Assembly (NCBI GenBank): GCA_040386535.1 | Contig: JAZKFH010000013.1 | Coordinates: 64,001 to 128,000, forward strand | From: Myxococcota bacterium | GTDB taxonomy: Bacteria; Myxococcota_A; UBA796; SXON01 | Direction of reading: 5' to 3' | Length of the DNA: 64,000 nucleotides | Part shown: positions 8,455 through 17,617 of the stretch, piece by piece | How the letters are laid out: every line of letters starts with the position of its first letter | Numbering within the stretch: the first letter of the stretch is position 1 | Position numbers and translations under genes: made by a program | The notes under the pieces: model-generated | The model's database searches: none | Told to the model about the DNA's origin: nothing | Seen by the model: the letters and a program-made list of their open reading frames with translations, nothing else

Positions 8455-9372
8455 GTGGTCGTCGGCGAATCCCGCGGGAAGGACCTGTATCGGCGCGTGG
8501 TGTGGGGCCCGTGGCGCGAGGCGTTGGAGCGCGGCCCGTTCGGCTTCGAGTACGTCGCCAATCGGCAACTCGGGCTCGTGGCAGGGCGGTTCTCCGGCGG
8601 GACGCGCGCGCACGTCGAGGCCAACCTTCGCCGCGCGTTTCCGACCCGCACCGATCTCGGGCGGGTGGCCCGCCGCACGTTCGGCGCCCATTTCGTCAAC
8701 CAGTACGCGAGCTTCGCGTTCGGCCGCATCACCGCCGACAACTGGCGCCGGTACCTCGTGTGGGAGGGCCTCGAGCACGTCGAGGCCGCGCGCGCCGCGG
8801 GGGAGGGCCTCGTGCTCGTGCACCCGCACATGGGCCCCGCGCAGCTCCCCCTCTGCGTGCTCGGCGCCATGGGCTTTCCCGTGCACCAGGTCGGCGGCGG
8901 CGAGCCGCAGGTCGAGAAGTCGGAGGCCGGCCGTTGGGCGAGCGACCTGCGCCACACGCTCGAAGCGCGCATGCCGGTGACCCTCCACGACGGCGCCGGG
9001 TACCTCCGCAAGGTGCTCCGCGCCTTGTCGAACGGCGAGATCGTGCTCACCGCCGGTGACGGCACCGGCGGCGGCAAGGAGATCGGGCGCCGTCTCGAGC
9101 GGACCGTGCTCGGCCAGCGCATGCGCGTTCCCGTGGGCGGCTTCTGGCTCGCCTCCCGCGCCAAGGCGCGCGTCCACACCCTCCACGTCGTACCCGACGG
9201 CCTGCGCCACCGCGCCATCGTCGGCCCGCGCGTGCCCGTGCCCGCCGATCCCGACGCCGCGATGGAGGCCGGCGCCGACGCCACCGCCGCGTTCCTCGGG
9301 CGTGTACTCGCCGCGCACCCCGACGAATGGCACTTCTGGGACGCGTTCGAGCCCGGCCGGCTGCTCACATGA
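8455..9372 (+). CDS. Lysophospholipid/lipid A lauroyl acyltransferase (LpxL/HtrB-like) family protein
   Basis: ANLRRAFP, EGLEHV, GLVLVHPHMG, L..GEIVL..GD and HPDEWHFW motifs typical of this family. Confidence 0.8.
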   Translation: MVVGESRGKDLYRRVVWGPWREALERGPFGFEYVANRQLGLVAGRFSGGTRAHVEANLRRAFPTRTDLGRVARRTFGAHFVNQYASFAFGRITADNWRRYLVWEGLEHVEAARAAGEGLVLVHPHMGPAQLPLCVLGAMGFPVHQVGGGEPQVEKSEAGRWASDLRHTLEARMPVTLHDGAGYLRKVLRALSNGEIVLTAGDGTGGGKEIGRRLERTVLGQRMRVPVGGFWLASRAKARVHTLHVVPDGLRHRAIVGPRVPVPADPDAAMEAGADATAAFLGRVLAAHPDEWHFWDAFEPGRLLT

Positions 9373-11375
9373 CGCGCAAGCCACGGGCGCGGGGGAAGCC
9401 GTTGGGATCTGTTTCTGGGGGCGGGGGCTCCGCCCCCGCAACGCCCCGGATGCACGGGTCGTCGGGCGCGGGGCACGGCGCCGAAGAACCGCGGTCAGGG
9501 CCCGGCCCGGTCCCCCCCAAGGGGGCCCCACCGGTCCACCCTGCCCGCACGGCGGCGAGCCCCACGCCCTCTGACCCCGTTGCATCTGGGCGTCGGGGAG
9601 CCTCTCGCGGAGGGGCGCCGAAAGCCGTGTCCCGGGACCCACGGCCCGACCCAAATTCGAGCCCTACGGCGCCGTCGAGCAGCACCGGCTCCGGGGGCGT
9701 TGCGGGGGGCCGGGCCCCCCGCCCCAAGAACATCAAGTCGGGGCGCACACGCGCCTGGATCGCCCGGTTGCTCGGCGGTGTCGTGCTCCTCGGGGCGCTG
9801 GGTGTCACTTGGGCGGACGCGCACAATCCCTTTTTCAACGACCTCGGCGTCGCGATGGTCGGCGGTGCGTTCCTCGCCTTCTTCCTCCGCGACCGGGTGG
9901 CCCGGATGCTCGTCGTGTCCGCGACGGTGCTCTGGGGGGTGAGCGGGTTCTCTCCGCGCGGGCCGGTGCAGGCGCGGGTGGTCGTCCTCGGCGTGGACGG
10001 CGCGACGTTCGACGTCATCGACCGCCTCGGGCTCCCCAACTTCCAGGCGCTCGCGCGGGACGGCACGCGCGCGACGCTCACGTCGATGGAGCCGATGTTC
10101 TCGCCGTTGTTGTGGACCACGATCGCGAGCGGGCGGCCCCCCGCGGAGCACGGCGTGCGCGGCTTCCACGTGGCGTCGACCGACTGCGACGTGGCGCGGT
10201 TCTGGGACATCGCGGAGGACCGCGGTCACCGCGTGGGGCTCTACAAGTGGCTCGTGGACTACCCGCCGCGCGAGGTCGCGGGCTTCTGGGTGCCGTCGTG
10301 GCTCGCCCCCGGGCCGGAGACCTGGCCGGAGGACCTCTCCTACGTCAAGGAGCTCGAGCTCTCGAAGCGGCTCCGTCGTAAGCAGGTTGCCGCACGGCAC
10401 GACACGCCCGAGCTGGTGTGGGGGCTCGTGGGCGCCGGCGTGCGGCTCTCCACGCTCGTGCGGGCGGCGGCGTGGTCGGCCGAGGAGCGGGTGCTCCACC
10501 CGAAGCCGGCGCGCGCCAACCTCGTGATGCAGACGATGCGCGGCCGCATCGACCGCGACGTGTTCGTGGCGCAGCTCCACGCCCGCGATCCCGCGCTCGC
10601 CACGTTCACCTACTTCGCGACCGACGGCCTCGCGCACCTCTACTGGGACCAGCCCGAGATCGTCGAGGCGGCGTATCGGCAAGCCGACGAGATCCTCGGC
10701 GACATCCGCGCGCAGCTCGGCCCGGATGCGCGGCTGATCGTCGTGAGTGACCACGGCTTCAAGGCCATGGACGGCACCGGCCTGGCCGGCCAGTTCGCGC
10801 CCCTCACCGAGCGGCTCCGCGCGCGGTTTTCAGCCGAGATCGCCGTCGCCGACGTGACGAAGGTGGGGCACAAGCTCACGGTCGGCCTCGAGGATCCCGC
10901 GCAGCAGACGCGCGCCGTGGCGTGGCTCTCGGCGCTGCGGGACGCCGCGGGCGAGCCCTTCTACCGGGTGGAGGACCTCGGCGGCGGCGCCATCGGGCTC
11001 ACGTTGGCCGACGAGCAGATCACCGCCGAGCGGCTCGCGCGCGACACGGTCGGGGGCGAGCCCGTCACCGACTACGTCAAGCTCACGGACGCCTACACCG
11101 GCACCCACGAGGGGCGCGGCATCTTCTACGCGGTCGGCGGGGGCGTGCCCGCGGGCGTGACCCTCGACGCGCTGGATCTGGTCGACGTCGCGCCCACCGT
11201 GCTCGCGGCGCTCGGCATCCCCGCGTCCGTCGAGATGGCGGGCGCCGCGGCGGTGTTCCCCGAGGTGACGCCTCGGGTCGCGGACTGGGATCACGTCCTG
11301 GCCAACCTGAAGTGGCTCGGCGGCGAGGACGGTCAGAACGAGGAGGCGCTCAAGGCGCTCGGGTACGTCGAGTAG
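9369..11375 (+). CDS. Membrane-anchored alkaline phosphatase/nucleotide pyrophosphatase-family protein (start uncertain)
   Basis: ATGA overlap with upstream stop; 3 TM helices; VLGVDGATFD, SPLLWTTIASG, TDGLAHLYW, VSDHGF and GTH motifs; ends LKALGYVE. Confidence 0.8.
   Translation: MTRKPRARGKPLGSVSGGGGSAPATPRMHGSSGAGHGAEEPRSGPGPVPPKGAPPVHPARTAASPTPSDPVASGRRGASRGGAPKAVSRDPRPDPNSSPTAPSSSTGSGGVAGGRAPRPKNIKSGRTRAWIARLLGGVVLLGALGVTWADAHNPFFNDLGVAMVGGAFLAFFLRDRVARMLVVSATVLWGVSGFSPRGPVQARVVVLGVDGATFDVIDRLGLPNFQALARDGTRATLTSMEPMFSPLLWTTIASGRPPAEHGVRGFHVASTDCDVARFWDIAEDRGHRVGLYKWLVDYPPREVAGFWVPSWLAPGPETWPEDLSYVKELELSKRLRRKQVAARHDTPELVWGLVGAGVRLSTLVRAAAWSAEERVLHPKPARANLVMQTMRGRIDRDVFVAQLHARDPALATFTYFATDGLAHLYWDQPEIVEAAYRQADEILGDIRAQLGPDARLIVVSDHGFKAMDGTGLAGQFAPLTERLRARFSAEIAVADVTKVGHKLTVGLEDPAQQTRAVAWLSALRDAAGEPFYRVEDLGGGAIGLTLADEQITAERLARDTVGGEPVTDYVKLTDAYTGTHEGRGIFYAVGGGVPAGVTLDALDLVDVAPTVLAALGIPASVEMAGAAAVFPEVTPRVADWDHVLANLKWLGGEDGQNEEALKALGYVE
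9410..9732. repeat. Palindromic element (REP-doublet/MITE-like) with ~44-bp imperfect terminal inverted repeats
   Basis: 9410-9453 TGTTTCTGGGGGCGGGGGCTCCGCCCCCGCAACGCCCCGGATGC matches the reverse complement of 9688-9732 (TGTTCTTGGGGCGGGGGGCCCGGCCCCCCGCAACGCCCCCGGAGC); each arm has its own hairpin. Confidence 0.7.
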
Positions 11376-12615
11376 CGCGCCGGGCGGGCCGTCGGAGCAG
11401 CGCAAGACCGAGCACGAGGAAGGCGCCCGAGCCCCCGCCGCAGCCCTCGCCGGCGCCTTCGGAGGGGGGCGGCTCCTCTTCCGGCGGCGGCATGGGCGAG
11501 GCGGTGTCCTCGTCGCACGCGTCGACGCCGTCGCAGTCCTGGTCGACGCCGTCACACTCGACCTCGGGCCTCGAGAACTTCACCGCGAAGTCGGCGTCGT
11601 CGCAGTCCGCGGGCTGCGCGTCGCCGTCGGCGGTGTAGCCGTCCCCATCCGCGTCCACGTCGTCCGCGCCGTCGCAGTCCTGGTCGACGCCGTCCCCGAC
11701 GGGATCGTCCGCGCCGGGGTAGCTCCGGCCGTCGGCGTCGTCGCAGTCGGTGTCCCAGGCCGAGCCGTCTCCGTCGGCGTCGAGGCTGTCGGCGCCATCG
11801 CAGTCCTGGTCGATCCCGTCCGCCGCGATCTCGGGCGCGCACGGGTAGATCGTCGGGTCGGCGTCGTCGCAATCGCCGGCCGCCGCGGACCACCCGTCGC
11901 GATCGACCTCGTCGAGCTCCCAGGTGGTGAGATCGACGTGCCCGTAGAGCGTGTCGTCGAACCACGCCTTCCGCGGGTAGCCGATGCACTCGATGACGTA
12001 GGTGTCGACGGCCGCCTCGTGGCCGCCGGCGCGGACCCAGAAGCGACCGTCGCCCGCCGTGTCACCCCACGACCAGTCACACGCCGGGGTGTCGATGGTC
12101 ACGGTGTCGTCGCAGTCCCCGAAGCAGGACGAGTCCGAAGCCAGGGAGAAGTCGGCGTCGGACGGCAGGTCTAGCACAGCGCCTGTCCAGGCAGCGCGGC
12201 GGACGACGCTGCCGCTCGACGCCATGCCGTTCGAGTAGGAGCTCGAGGCAAAGGCGAGGTCGAGGCGGGTCCAGGTGTCGGCCCCCTCCGGAAGGTCGAC
12301 CAGGAGGGACCAGCTCGTCGAGCGCCGGTAGTCGTTGGGCCAGTCCGTCCCGGACTCCGCCGTCTCGCGCGTGGTGATCGTCACCAGCGCGCCGATGCTC
12401 GTCGTGCAGGTCGCCTCGATGGCGCCGCTGTCCAAGGCGACCTCGCTCCACGTACAGTCCGGGTCCACCCAGGCGTCCGCGAGCGCCTGGAGCGCGGCGA
12501 ACGTGTCCTCCAGGCCCGCGTCGGTCCGGAACTGCGGCGCGTCCGGCGGCGTGTCGAGGGCCGGGCATTCCCACGGGAGGCCGGCGGCGTGAGCGGTCGC
12601 GAGGAGGAGGAGCAT
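11350..12615 (-). CDS. Secreted protein with 3 MopE-like (DCDD..DQDCDG) metal-binding repeats and MYXO-CTERM-like tail
   Basis: Short signal MLLLLATAHA-A; three repeats; C-terminal EGCGGGSG, hydrophobic stretch, Arg cluster; 3' end overlaps the convergent gene. Confidence 0.8.
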   Translation of the reverse strand: MLLLLATAHAAGLPWECPALDTPPDAPQFRTDAGLEDTFAALQALADAWVDPDCTWSEVALDSGAIEATCTTSIGALVTITTRETAESGTDWPNDYRRSTSWSLLVDLPEGADTWTRLDLAFASSSYSNGMASSGSVVRRAAWTGAVLDLPSDADFSLASDSSCFGDCDDTVTIDTPACDWSWGDTAGDGRFWVRAGGHEAAVDTYVIECIGYPRKAWFDDTLYGHVDLTTWELDEVDRDGWSAAAGDCDDADPTIYPCAPEIAADGIDQDCDGADSLDADGDGSAWDTDCDDADGRSYPGADDPVGDGVDQDCDGADDVDADGDGYTADGDAQPADCDDADFAVKFSRPEVECDGVDQDCDGVDACDEDTASPMPPPEEEPPPSEGAGEGCGGGSGAFLVLGLALLRRPARRATRRTRAP

Positions 12616-12650
12616 CGGAGCACCCTACCTCACAGGATAAGAAAGCGGCG

Positions 12651-13748
12651 ATGAAGATCCTCATGGTCGCCCGTCGTTACCCGCCCGACGTGAAGAGCGG
12701 CACGGAGACGGTGTTCGCGGCGCTCTACGAGCAGGCGCGCCGCCACCACGACGTGCGGCTCGTGGTCGGCTACCGCACCGCGCGTGACCAGGTGCCCGCC
12801 GAGGCGGTCGCGGTCGATCTGCGCGACAAGGGCGCGTCCGGCTACGTCGCGATGGGGCTGGCCGCGATGCGCGAGGGCCGGCGCTTCCGCCCCGACGTCG
12901 TGTTGTCGAACTCGGTCGAGGTCGCCGTGCCGGGGGTGCCGAACGCGCTCATCGTGCACGACCTGAACTTCGGGAAGGCGACGCGGGACGCGAGCGTCAT
13001 CCTGCGCGAGCAGCTCTACAAGGCCCAGGGGAAGCGGCTCGACGCGGTGATCACCGTCTCGGCGGCGAGCCGGAACCAGCTGTTGCGCATCGGCGTCCCG
13101 GATGCGCGGATCTCGGTCATCCCGAACGGCGTGGACATCCGACGTTTCTTCGTGCGTGACGCGGTGCCCGCCGCGCCGATCGGGGCCGTGGGCATGAAGG
13201 TCCCGGCGCTCCCGCCGGTGCGGTTCGTGTACCCGGGGCGCATCCTCCCGGGGAAGGGCCAACACGCCGCCATCGACGCGCTCGGGCGCATGCGGCCCGA
13301 CCAACGCTACCGCGCCCACCTCACCATCGTGGGCGCCGTGGCCGACCGCATCTACGCGGATCAGCTCAAGGTCCAGGCCTACAACCAGCCGGTCACGTTC
13401 GCGCACGACGTGGCCGACATCGTGCCCTACTACCAGGACGCCGAGGTGGTGCTGTTCCCGACGCTGATGGAGGAGGGGTTCGGCTTCACGGCGGTCGAGG
13501 GGATGGCGTGCGGGCGGCCGGTCATCTACTACGACCAGCCCGCGATCCGCGAGGCCACCGGGGGCATCGGCGTGGCGGTGCCGCGCGACGATCCGGATGC
13601 GCTCCGCAACGCGATGCTCGCGCTGATCCACGACCCCGAGGAGCGCGCGCGGCTCGGTCGGGCGGGGCGGGCCTACGTCGAGGGGCGGGCGTGGGACCGG
13701 GTGTGGGGGCGGTACGAGGCGGTGTTGGAGGGGATCCGCCGCGGCTGA
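12651..13748 (+). CDS. Glycosyltransferase family 4
   Basis: MKILMV..RYPP, VIPNGVD, GRILPGKG and EGFGFTAVEGMACGRPVI motifs. Confidence 0.92.
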   Translation: MKILMVARRYPPDVKSGTETVFAALYEQARRHHDVRLVVGYRTARDQVPAEAVAVDLRDKGASGYVAMGLAAMREGRRFRPDVVLSNSVEVAVPGVPNALIVHDLNFGKATRDASVILREQLYKAQGKRLDAVITVSAASRNQLLRIGVPDARISVIPNGVDIRRFFVRDAVPAAPIGAVGMKVPALPPVRFVYPGRILPGKGQHAAIDALGRMRPDQRYRAHLTIVGAVADRIYADQLKVQAYNQPVTFAHDVADIVPYYQDAEVVLFPTLMEEGFGFTAVEGMACGRPVIYYDQPAIREATGGIGVAVPRDDPDALRNAMLALIHDPEERARLGRAGRAYVEGRAWDRVWGRYEAVLEGIRRG

Positions 13749-14294
13749 CTAATCGGAGTGGCCCTCGTCGAACATCGCCTGCACGTCGAGCGTGAAGCCG
13801 GGAAGGAGCTCCGACGTGAGGCGATCCTCAACCTCGGCGACGGTCTCGAACCCACGCACCACCTCAATCAGGCTTCGCCGTCGATCCACGATCCAGTACT
13901 CCTTCACGCCGGCTTCCCCGTACACGAGGCGTTTGGCGAGGCGATCGTAGCGGCGATCGTCGGAGAGGACCTCTACCGTCAGGTCGGGGACCCCGTGGAA
14001 CACCCCACGACGGGAGGGGAGGCCGTCGAGGAGCACGAACACATCGGGTTGGACGACACGGCCGGGCGCGATGCGCACGTCGAAGGGCGAGAGCCCGACG
14101 AAGGCGGGGCGGTGCTGGCGCGCCCAGAGCTCGAGCTCGACGTGCAGTTGCCCGACGAGGATCTGGTGAACGCTGGTGGGGGCCGGCGACAAGACGATCT
14201 CCCCGTCGAGAAGCTCGATGTGTTCGTGGCTCTCGGGGAGCTCCAGGAACTCCTCCTCGGTGACCAGCGCGGTACGGCGACGCGGAGCGGACAT
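13749..14294 (-). CDS. Uma2 family endonuclease
   Basis: EEF..LPE, ELLDGEIVLSPAP..H, VQPD, PDLTVEVLS, K..Y...GV.EYWIVD and S.LLPGF motifs; start at ATG 14294. Confidence 0.9.
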   Translation of the reverse strand: MSAPRRRTALVTEEEFLELPESHEHIELLDGEIVLSPAPTSVHQILVGQLHVELELWARQHRPAFVGLSPFDVRIAPGRVVQPDVFVLLDGLPSRRGVFHGVPDLTVEVLSDDRRYDRLAKRLVYGEAGVKEYWIVDRRRSLIEVVRGFETVAEVEDRLTSELLPGFTLDVQAMFDEGHSD

Positions 14295-14348
14295 GCCCTC
14301 AGTGTCACCCCTCTCCCACCCCGCGGCAAGCTCGGCTATCTTCGCTGT

Positions 14349-15581
14349 GTGTTGACCTACTTCTCCGAACGCGGCCGCGTCGACATCCACCGGGCGTGGA
14401 CCACGCGCGAGGTGCTCGAGACCATCGAGGCGATGGTGGCCGCCTGGGAGCACAAGCTCCCGGCCGACCGGCACGCGCGCATCGTCGTGAAGCCGAACCT
14501 CAACAACGACCTGGTGGCGCTGACCGGCAACTGCGTCGATCTGCGCGTGCTGGAGGGCCTGTTCGCGGCGCTGCGGCGGCGCGGGTACACCGATATCACC
14601 GTGGCCGATGGCTCCAACGTGGGCGTCGCACGCCGCAAGATCGACACCTTCAAGCGGCTGCGCGTCTCCGGCGTCGCGGCCCGGCACGGCGTGAAGGTGG
14701 TGGATCTGAACACGGACGAGGGGCGAGAGGTGGTGCTCCATCGCGACGCACATCCAGCCATCGCGCGCACCGTGCTCGACGCCGACTTCCTCATCAGCGT
14801 GCCGAAGATCAAGACCCACTGCGAGGCGGGGCTCTCGAGCGCGATGAAGAACTGGGTCGGCATCGCGGTCGGCCAGGACAAGCGCCACATGCACTACGAC
14901 CTCGGGCGCAACATCTTCGCGCTCAACGAGGTGGTGATGCCCGACCTCGTGCTGGTCGACGGGCTGGTCGGCATGGAGGGCAACGGCCCCGGGGATGGCG
15001 TGCCGTTCCGCTTCGGCCACCTGCTGATGAGTGACGACGCGTTCCTCAACGATCTGGTCGTCTGCCGCCTCGTCGACATGCCCTGGCGCGACGTGCCGTA
15101 CCTCGTGCACGCCTTCGAGTCCGGGCACCTCACGCCCGATCTGTGGGCGGACATCGTGGCGAAGGTGCCGATGGTGCGGGCGATCGAGCGCGCCCCGCCG
15201 CGGAGCCGGCTCGCCGAACTCTCCGAGGCGCGGTCGCTCACGTGGCTCAAGCTCGCGGTCCGCCCGCTGATCGAGAAGCCGATCGTCGCGGAGACCGCCT
15301 ACCGGTTGAAGATCATCCAGGACGTGTACTCCCGCGAAGACGACACGCTCCGCGTCGTCCGGCGCAACGCGGACACGTGCGGGGAGTGCCGCCGCTGCGA
15401 GGACTTCTGCCCCACCGGGCTCCCCCTCGAACAGATCGGCAAGGTGACGAGCGCCCCGGACTGCGTGCAGTGCCTGTACTGCTGGTGGGTGTGCCCCAAG
15501 GACGCGTTGGTGCTGGACGGCGAGCGCAACGCGATGGCCCGGCAGATCGAGCGGTACAAGGCGCAGATCGAGGGGTTCTAG
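14349..15581 (+). CDS. DUF362 domain protein with C-terminal 2x[4Fe-4S] ferredoxin domain
   Basis: IVVKPNL, ISVPKIKTH, SAMKN, DG..GMEGNGP motifs; CGECRRCEDFCP and CVQCLYCWWVCP. Confidence 0.88.
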   Translation: MLTYFSERGRVDIHRAWTTREVLETIEAMVAAWEHKLPADRHARIVVKPNLNNDLVALTGNCVDLRVLEGLFAALRRRGYTDITVADGSNVGVARRKIDTFKRLRVSGVAARHGVKVVDLNTDEGREVVLHRDAHPAIARTVLDADFLISVPKIKTHCEAGLSSAMKNWVGIAVGQDKRHMHYDLGRNIFALNEVVMPDLVLVDGLVGMEGNGPGDGVPFRFGHLLMSDDAFLNDLVVCRLVDMPWRDVPYLVHAFESGHLTPDLWADIVAKVPMVRAIERAPPRSRLAELSEARSLTWLKLAVRPLIEKPIVAETAYRLKIIQDVYSREDDTLRVVRRNADTCGECRRCEDFCPTGLPLEQIGKVTSAPDCVQCLYCWWVCPKDALVLDGERNAMARQIERYKAQIEGF

Positions 15582-15602
15582 GGCGGCTGGCCCCCGCGCC
15601 CG

Positions 15603-16331
15603 CTACCCCCGCACCCGCGCCCGCAGCACGCGCGCCAGGAACACGGTGTTGCCGACGAGATAGCGGCGCCAGAGCCGCCTCGGATCGACGAGGAGCCGCG
15701 CCAGCCACTCCTGGCGGTCGTGCAGCCAGGCCGGCCCGCGGGCCACCTTGCCGCTCACGAAGTCGGCGGTGGCGCCCGTGACCCACACGACCGGGGCGTC
15801 GATGGCCGCGCGGTTCGTCGCGACCCAGCGCTCCTGCACGGGGGTCCCCATCCCGACCAGCACGATGTCGGGGGCGAACCGGTTGATGGTCGCCACGACC
15901 GCGCTCGCGTCGTGGATGAAGCCGTGCTCGGTCGCGATCCGCAGCGTGGGATGGCGCTCACACAACCGCCGCGCGGCCTCCGCCGCCACGCCGGGCTCGC
16001 CGCCCATCCAGAAGATGCGCCAGCCCGCCGCCTCCGCGCGCGCCGCGAGGTCCCAGATCCAGTCGGCCCCGGTCATGCGCTCGGGGAGGGCCGCGCCGAG
16101 CAGCCGGGCCCCGAGGACGACGCCGCCGCCGTCACAGTAGACGAGGTCGGCCGTGTCGAGGAAGGCGCGGAGCGCGTCGTCGTGCGCGGCGACGTTCAGG
16201 ACGTGCACGTTCACGTACGCGACGGTGGCCCGGCCGCGCGCCGCGACGTGGTCGCCTACGCGCGCGAGCAGCCCGCCGCGATCGACGCTGTCCACTCCGA
16301 TGCCCAGGATGTCGACGCGACGCGCGGCCAC
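15603..16331 (-). CDS. WecB/TagA/CpsF family glycosyltransferase (GT26)
   Basis: YCDGGGV, ERMTGAD, LVGMGTPVQERW and EWL.RL...PRRLWRRY motifs. Confidence 0.93.
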   Translation of the reverse strand: MAARRVDILGIGVDSVDRGGLLARVGDHVAARGRATVAYVNVHVLNVAAHDDALRAFLDTADLVYCDGGGVVLGARLLGAALPERMTGADWIWDLAARAEAAGWRIFWMGGEPGVAAEAARRLCERHPTLRIATEHGFIHDASAVVATINRFAPDIVLVGMGTPVQERWVATNRAAIDAPVVWVTGATADFVSGKVARGPAWLHDRQEWLARLLVDPRRLWRRYLVGNTVFLARVLRARVRG

Positions 16332-16334
16332 CCG

Positions 16335-17570
16335 CTACCGCATCTCGCCGAGGCCCCACACCCAGTAGATCCCGGCAAAACCGCTGTTCGCGTGGTTGAA
16401 CGGGATGGTGCCGCTGGGCATCTTCACGCGGCCGATGACGACGTCGGCGTATCGGCCGGTGGTCCACGAGCTCCAGGTCGCCGCGGGTACGGTGAAGCTG
16501 CCGTCGTCCCGCATGGCGCAGGTCACGGTCTCTTCCCAGGCGGAGCCGTCCGCGCTGCGCTTCATCAGGTAGGCGAGCATGAAGTCGCCCCCGGAGCCGT
16601 TCCACGTGAGGTTCAACGCGGAGCGTTGGAGCGCCGGCACGACCGAGCCCTGGAGGTTCGGGGTGGTGACGGTGAACGACGAGGGCAGCGTCAACACGTC
16701 GGTGACCTCGAACTCCGGGAAGCCGTCGGGTGTCATCGACTGCAGGTCGTACGTGCCGCCCTGGATGAACTGGGTGTTGTTCAGGGGACCGACGCCGAAG
16801 GCGAGGTTGGTCGCGCTCCACGTCATCCGGATCGACGAGCCGCTCGGAGGCGCCAGCGAGGCCGTCGCGATGCCGGGCTCGTAGTACGAGAGGGAGCCCG
16901 CGTAGGAGTACTCGGACGAGCAGGAGTCGAGCGTGCGGGAGAAGTACTCCCAGTACTCGAAGTCCGTCGGGGGGGACAGGAAGAAGGACGCCGAGCCGTC
17001 ATCCGTCGGGACGCCGTCCCAATAGGTGCCGACGGTGTCGAACCAATCCATCGACCCGATCAACCCGACCTTGCCGGTGCCGTCCTCGTAGTAGGCAAAA
17101 CCCGCCGTGAGCGTGCCCGCGCCGTCGTCGGTGGTGACGGTCACGTCGACCTCGCCCTCGGCGGACTGCGCGGGCGTCGTGACCACGATCTCGCTCGACG
17201 TGACCGACACGCGCGACGCGACGGCCGTGCCGAAGCGGATGGCGGCGCTGCTGTCGAAGGGGCCACCGGTGATGACCACCGTGCTGCCGCCGGCCGTGGT
17301 GCCGTAGGCCGGCGACACGTCCCGCACGTTCAGCAGGTCGGCGTCCGTGTCGCTGTCGGTGTCACTGTCCGTGTCGCTGTCGGAATCGGCGTCCGTGTCG
17401 GAGTCCGAATCCGCGTCGGAGTCGGCGTCCGTGTCCGCGTCGGTGTCGGCGTCCCCGTCGACCGCCGTGTCGTCCCCGCCGCCCGGCCGCCGCGGGCCCT
17501 CTTCCTCGAGGAGGAGCTCGAGCCCGAACTGGCAACCGGGCAACAGGCAGAAGAGGGGCAGGTACCGCAT
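16335..17570 (-). CDS. IPT/TIG-domain lipoprotein with Asp-Thr/Ser/Ala dipeptide linker
   Basis: ATG 17570 gives MRYLPLFCLLPG-C; DADTDADSDSDTD tract; VSPAYGTTAGG..V.ITG..F IPT signature. Confidence 0.8.
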   Translation of the reverse strand: MRYLPLFCLLPGCQFGLELLLEEEGPRRPGGGDDTAVDGDADTDADTDADSDADSDSDTDADSDSDTDSDTDSDTDADLLNVRDVSPAYGTTAGGSTVVITGGPFDSSAAIRFGTAVASRVSVTSSEIVVTTPAQSAEGEVDVTVTTDDGAGTLTAGFAYYEDGTGKVGLIGSMDWFDTVGTYWDGVPTDDGSASFFLSPPTDFEYWEYFSRTLDSCSSEYSYAGSLSYYEPGIATASLAPPSGSSIRMTWSATNLAFGVGPLNNTQFIQGGTYDLQSMTPDGFPEFEVTDVLTLPSSFTVTTPNLQGSVVPALQRSALNLTWNGSGGDFMLAYLMKRSADGSAWEETVTCAMRDDGSFTVPAATWSSWTTGRYADVVIGRVKMPSGTIPFNHANSGFAGIYWVWGLGEMR

Positions 17571-17617
17571 CGGGGCCAGCTTAGACCCCGCGGACCCGGT
17601 TCGCAACAAAGAGAGAC

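Noticed and set aside
13749..14294. Uma2 nuclease as a defence or mobile system
   Set aside because: Solitary, with no methylase, repeats or integrase; Uma2 genes are commonly scattered in such genomes.
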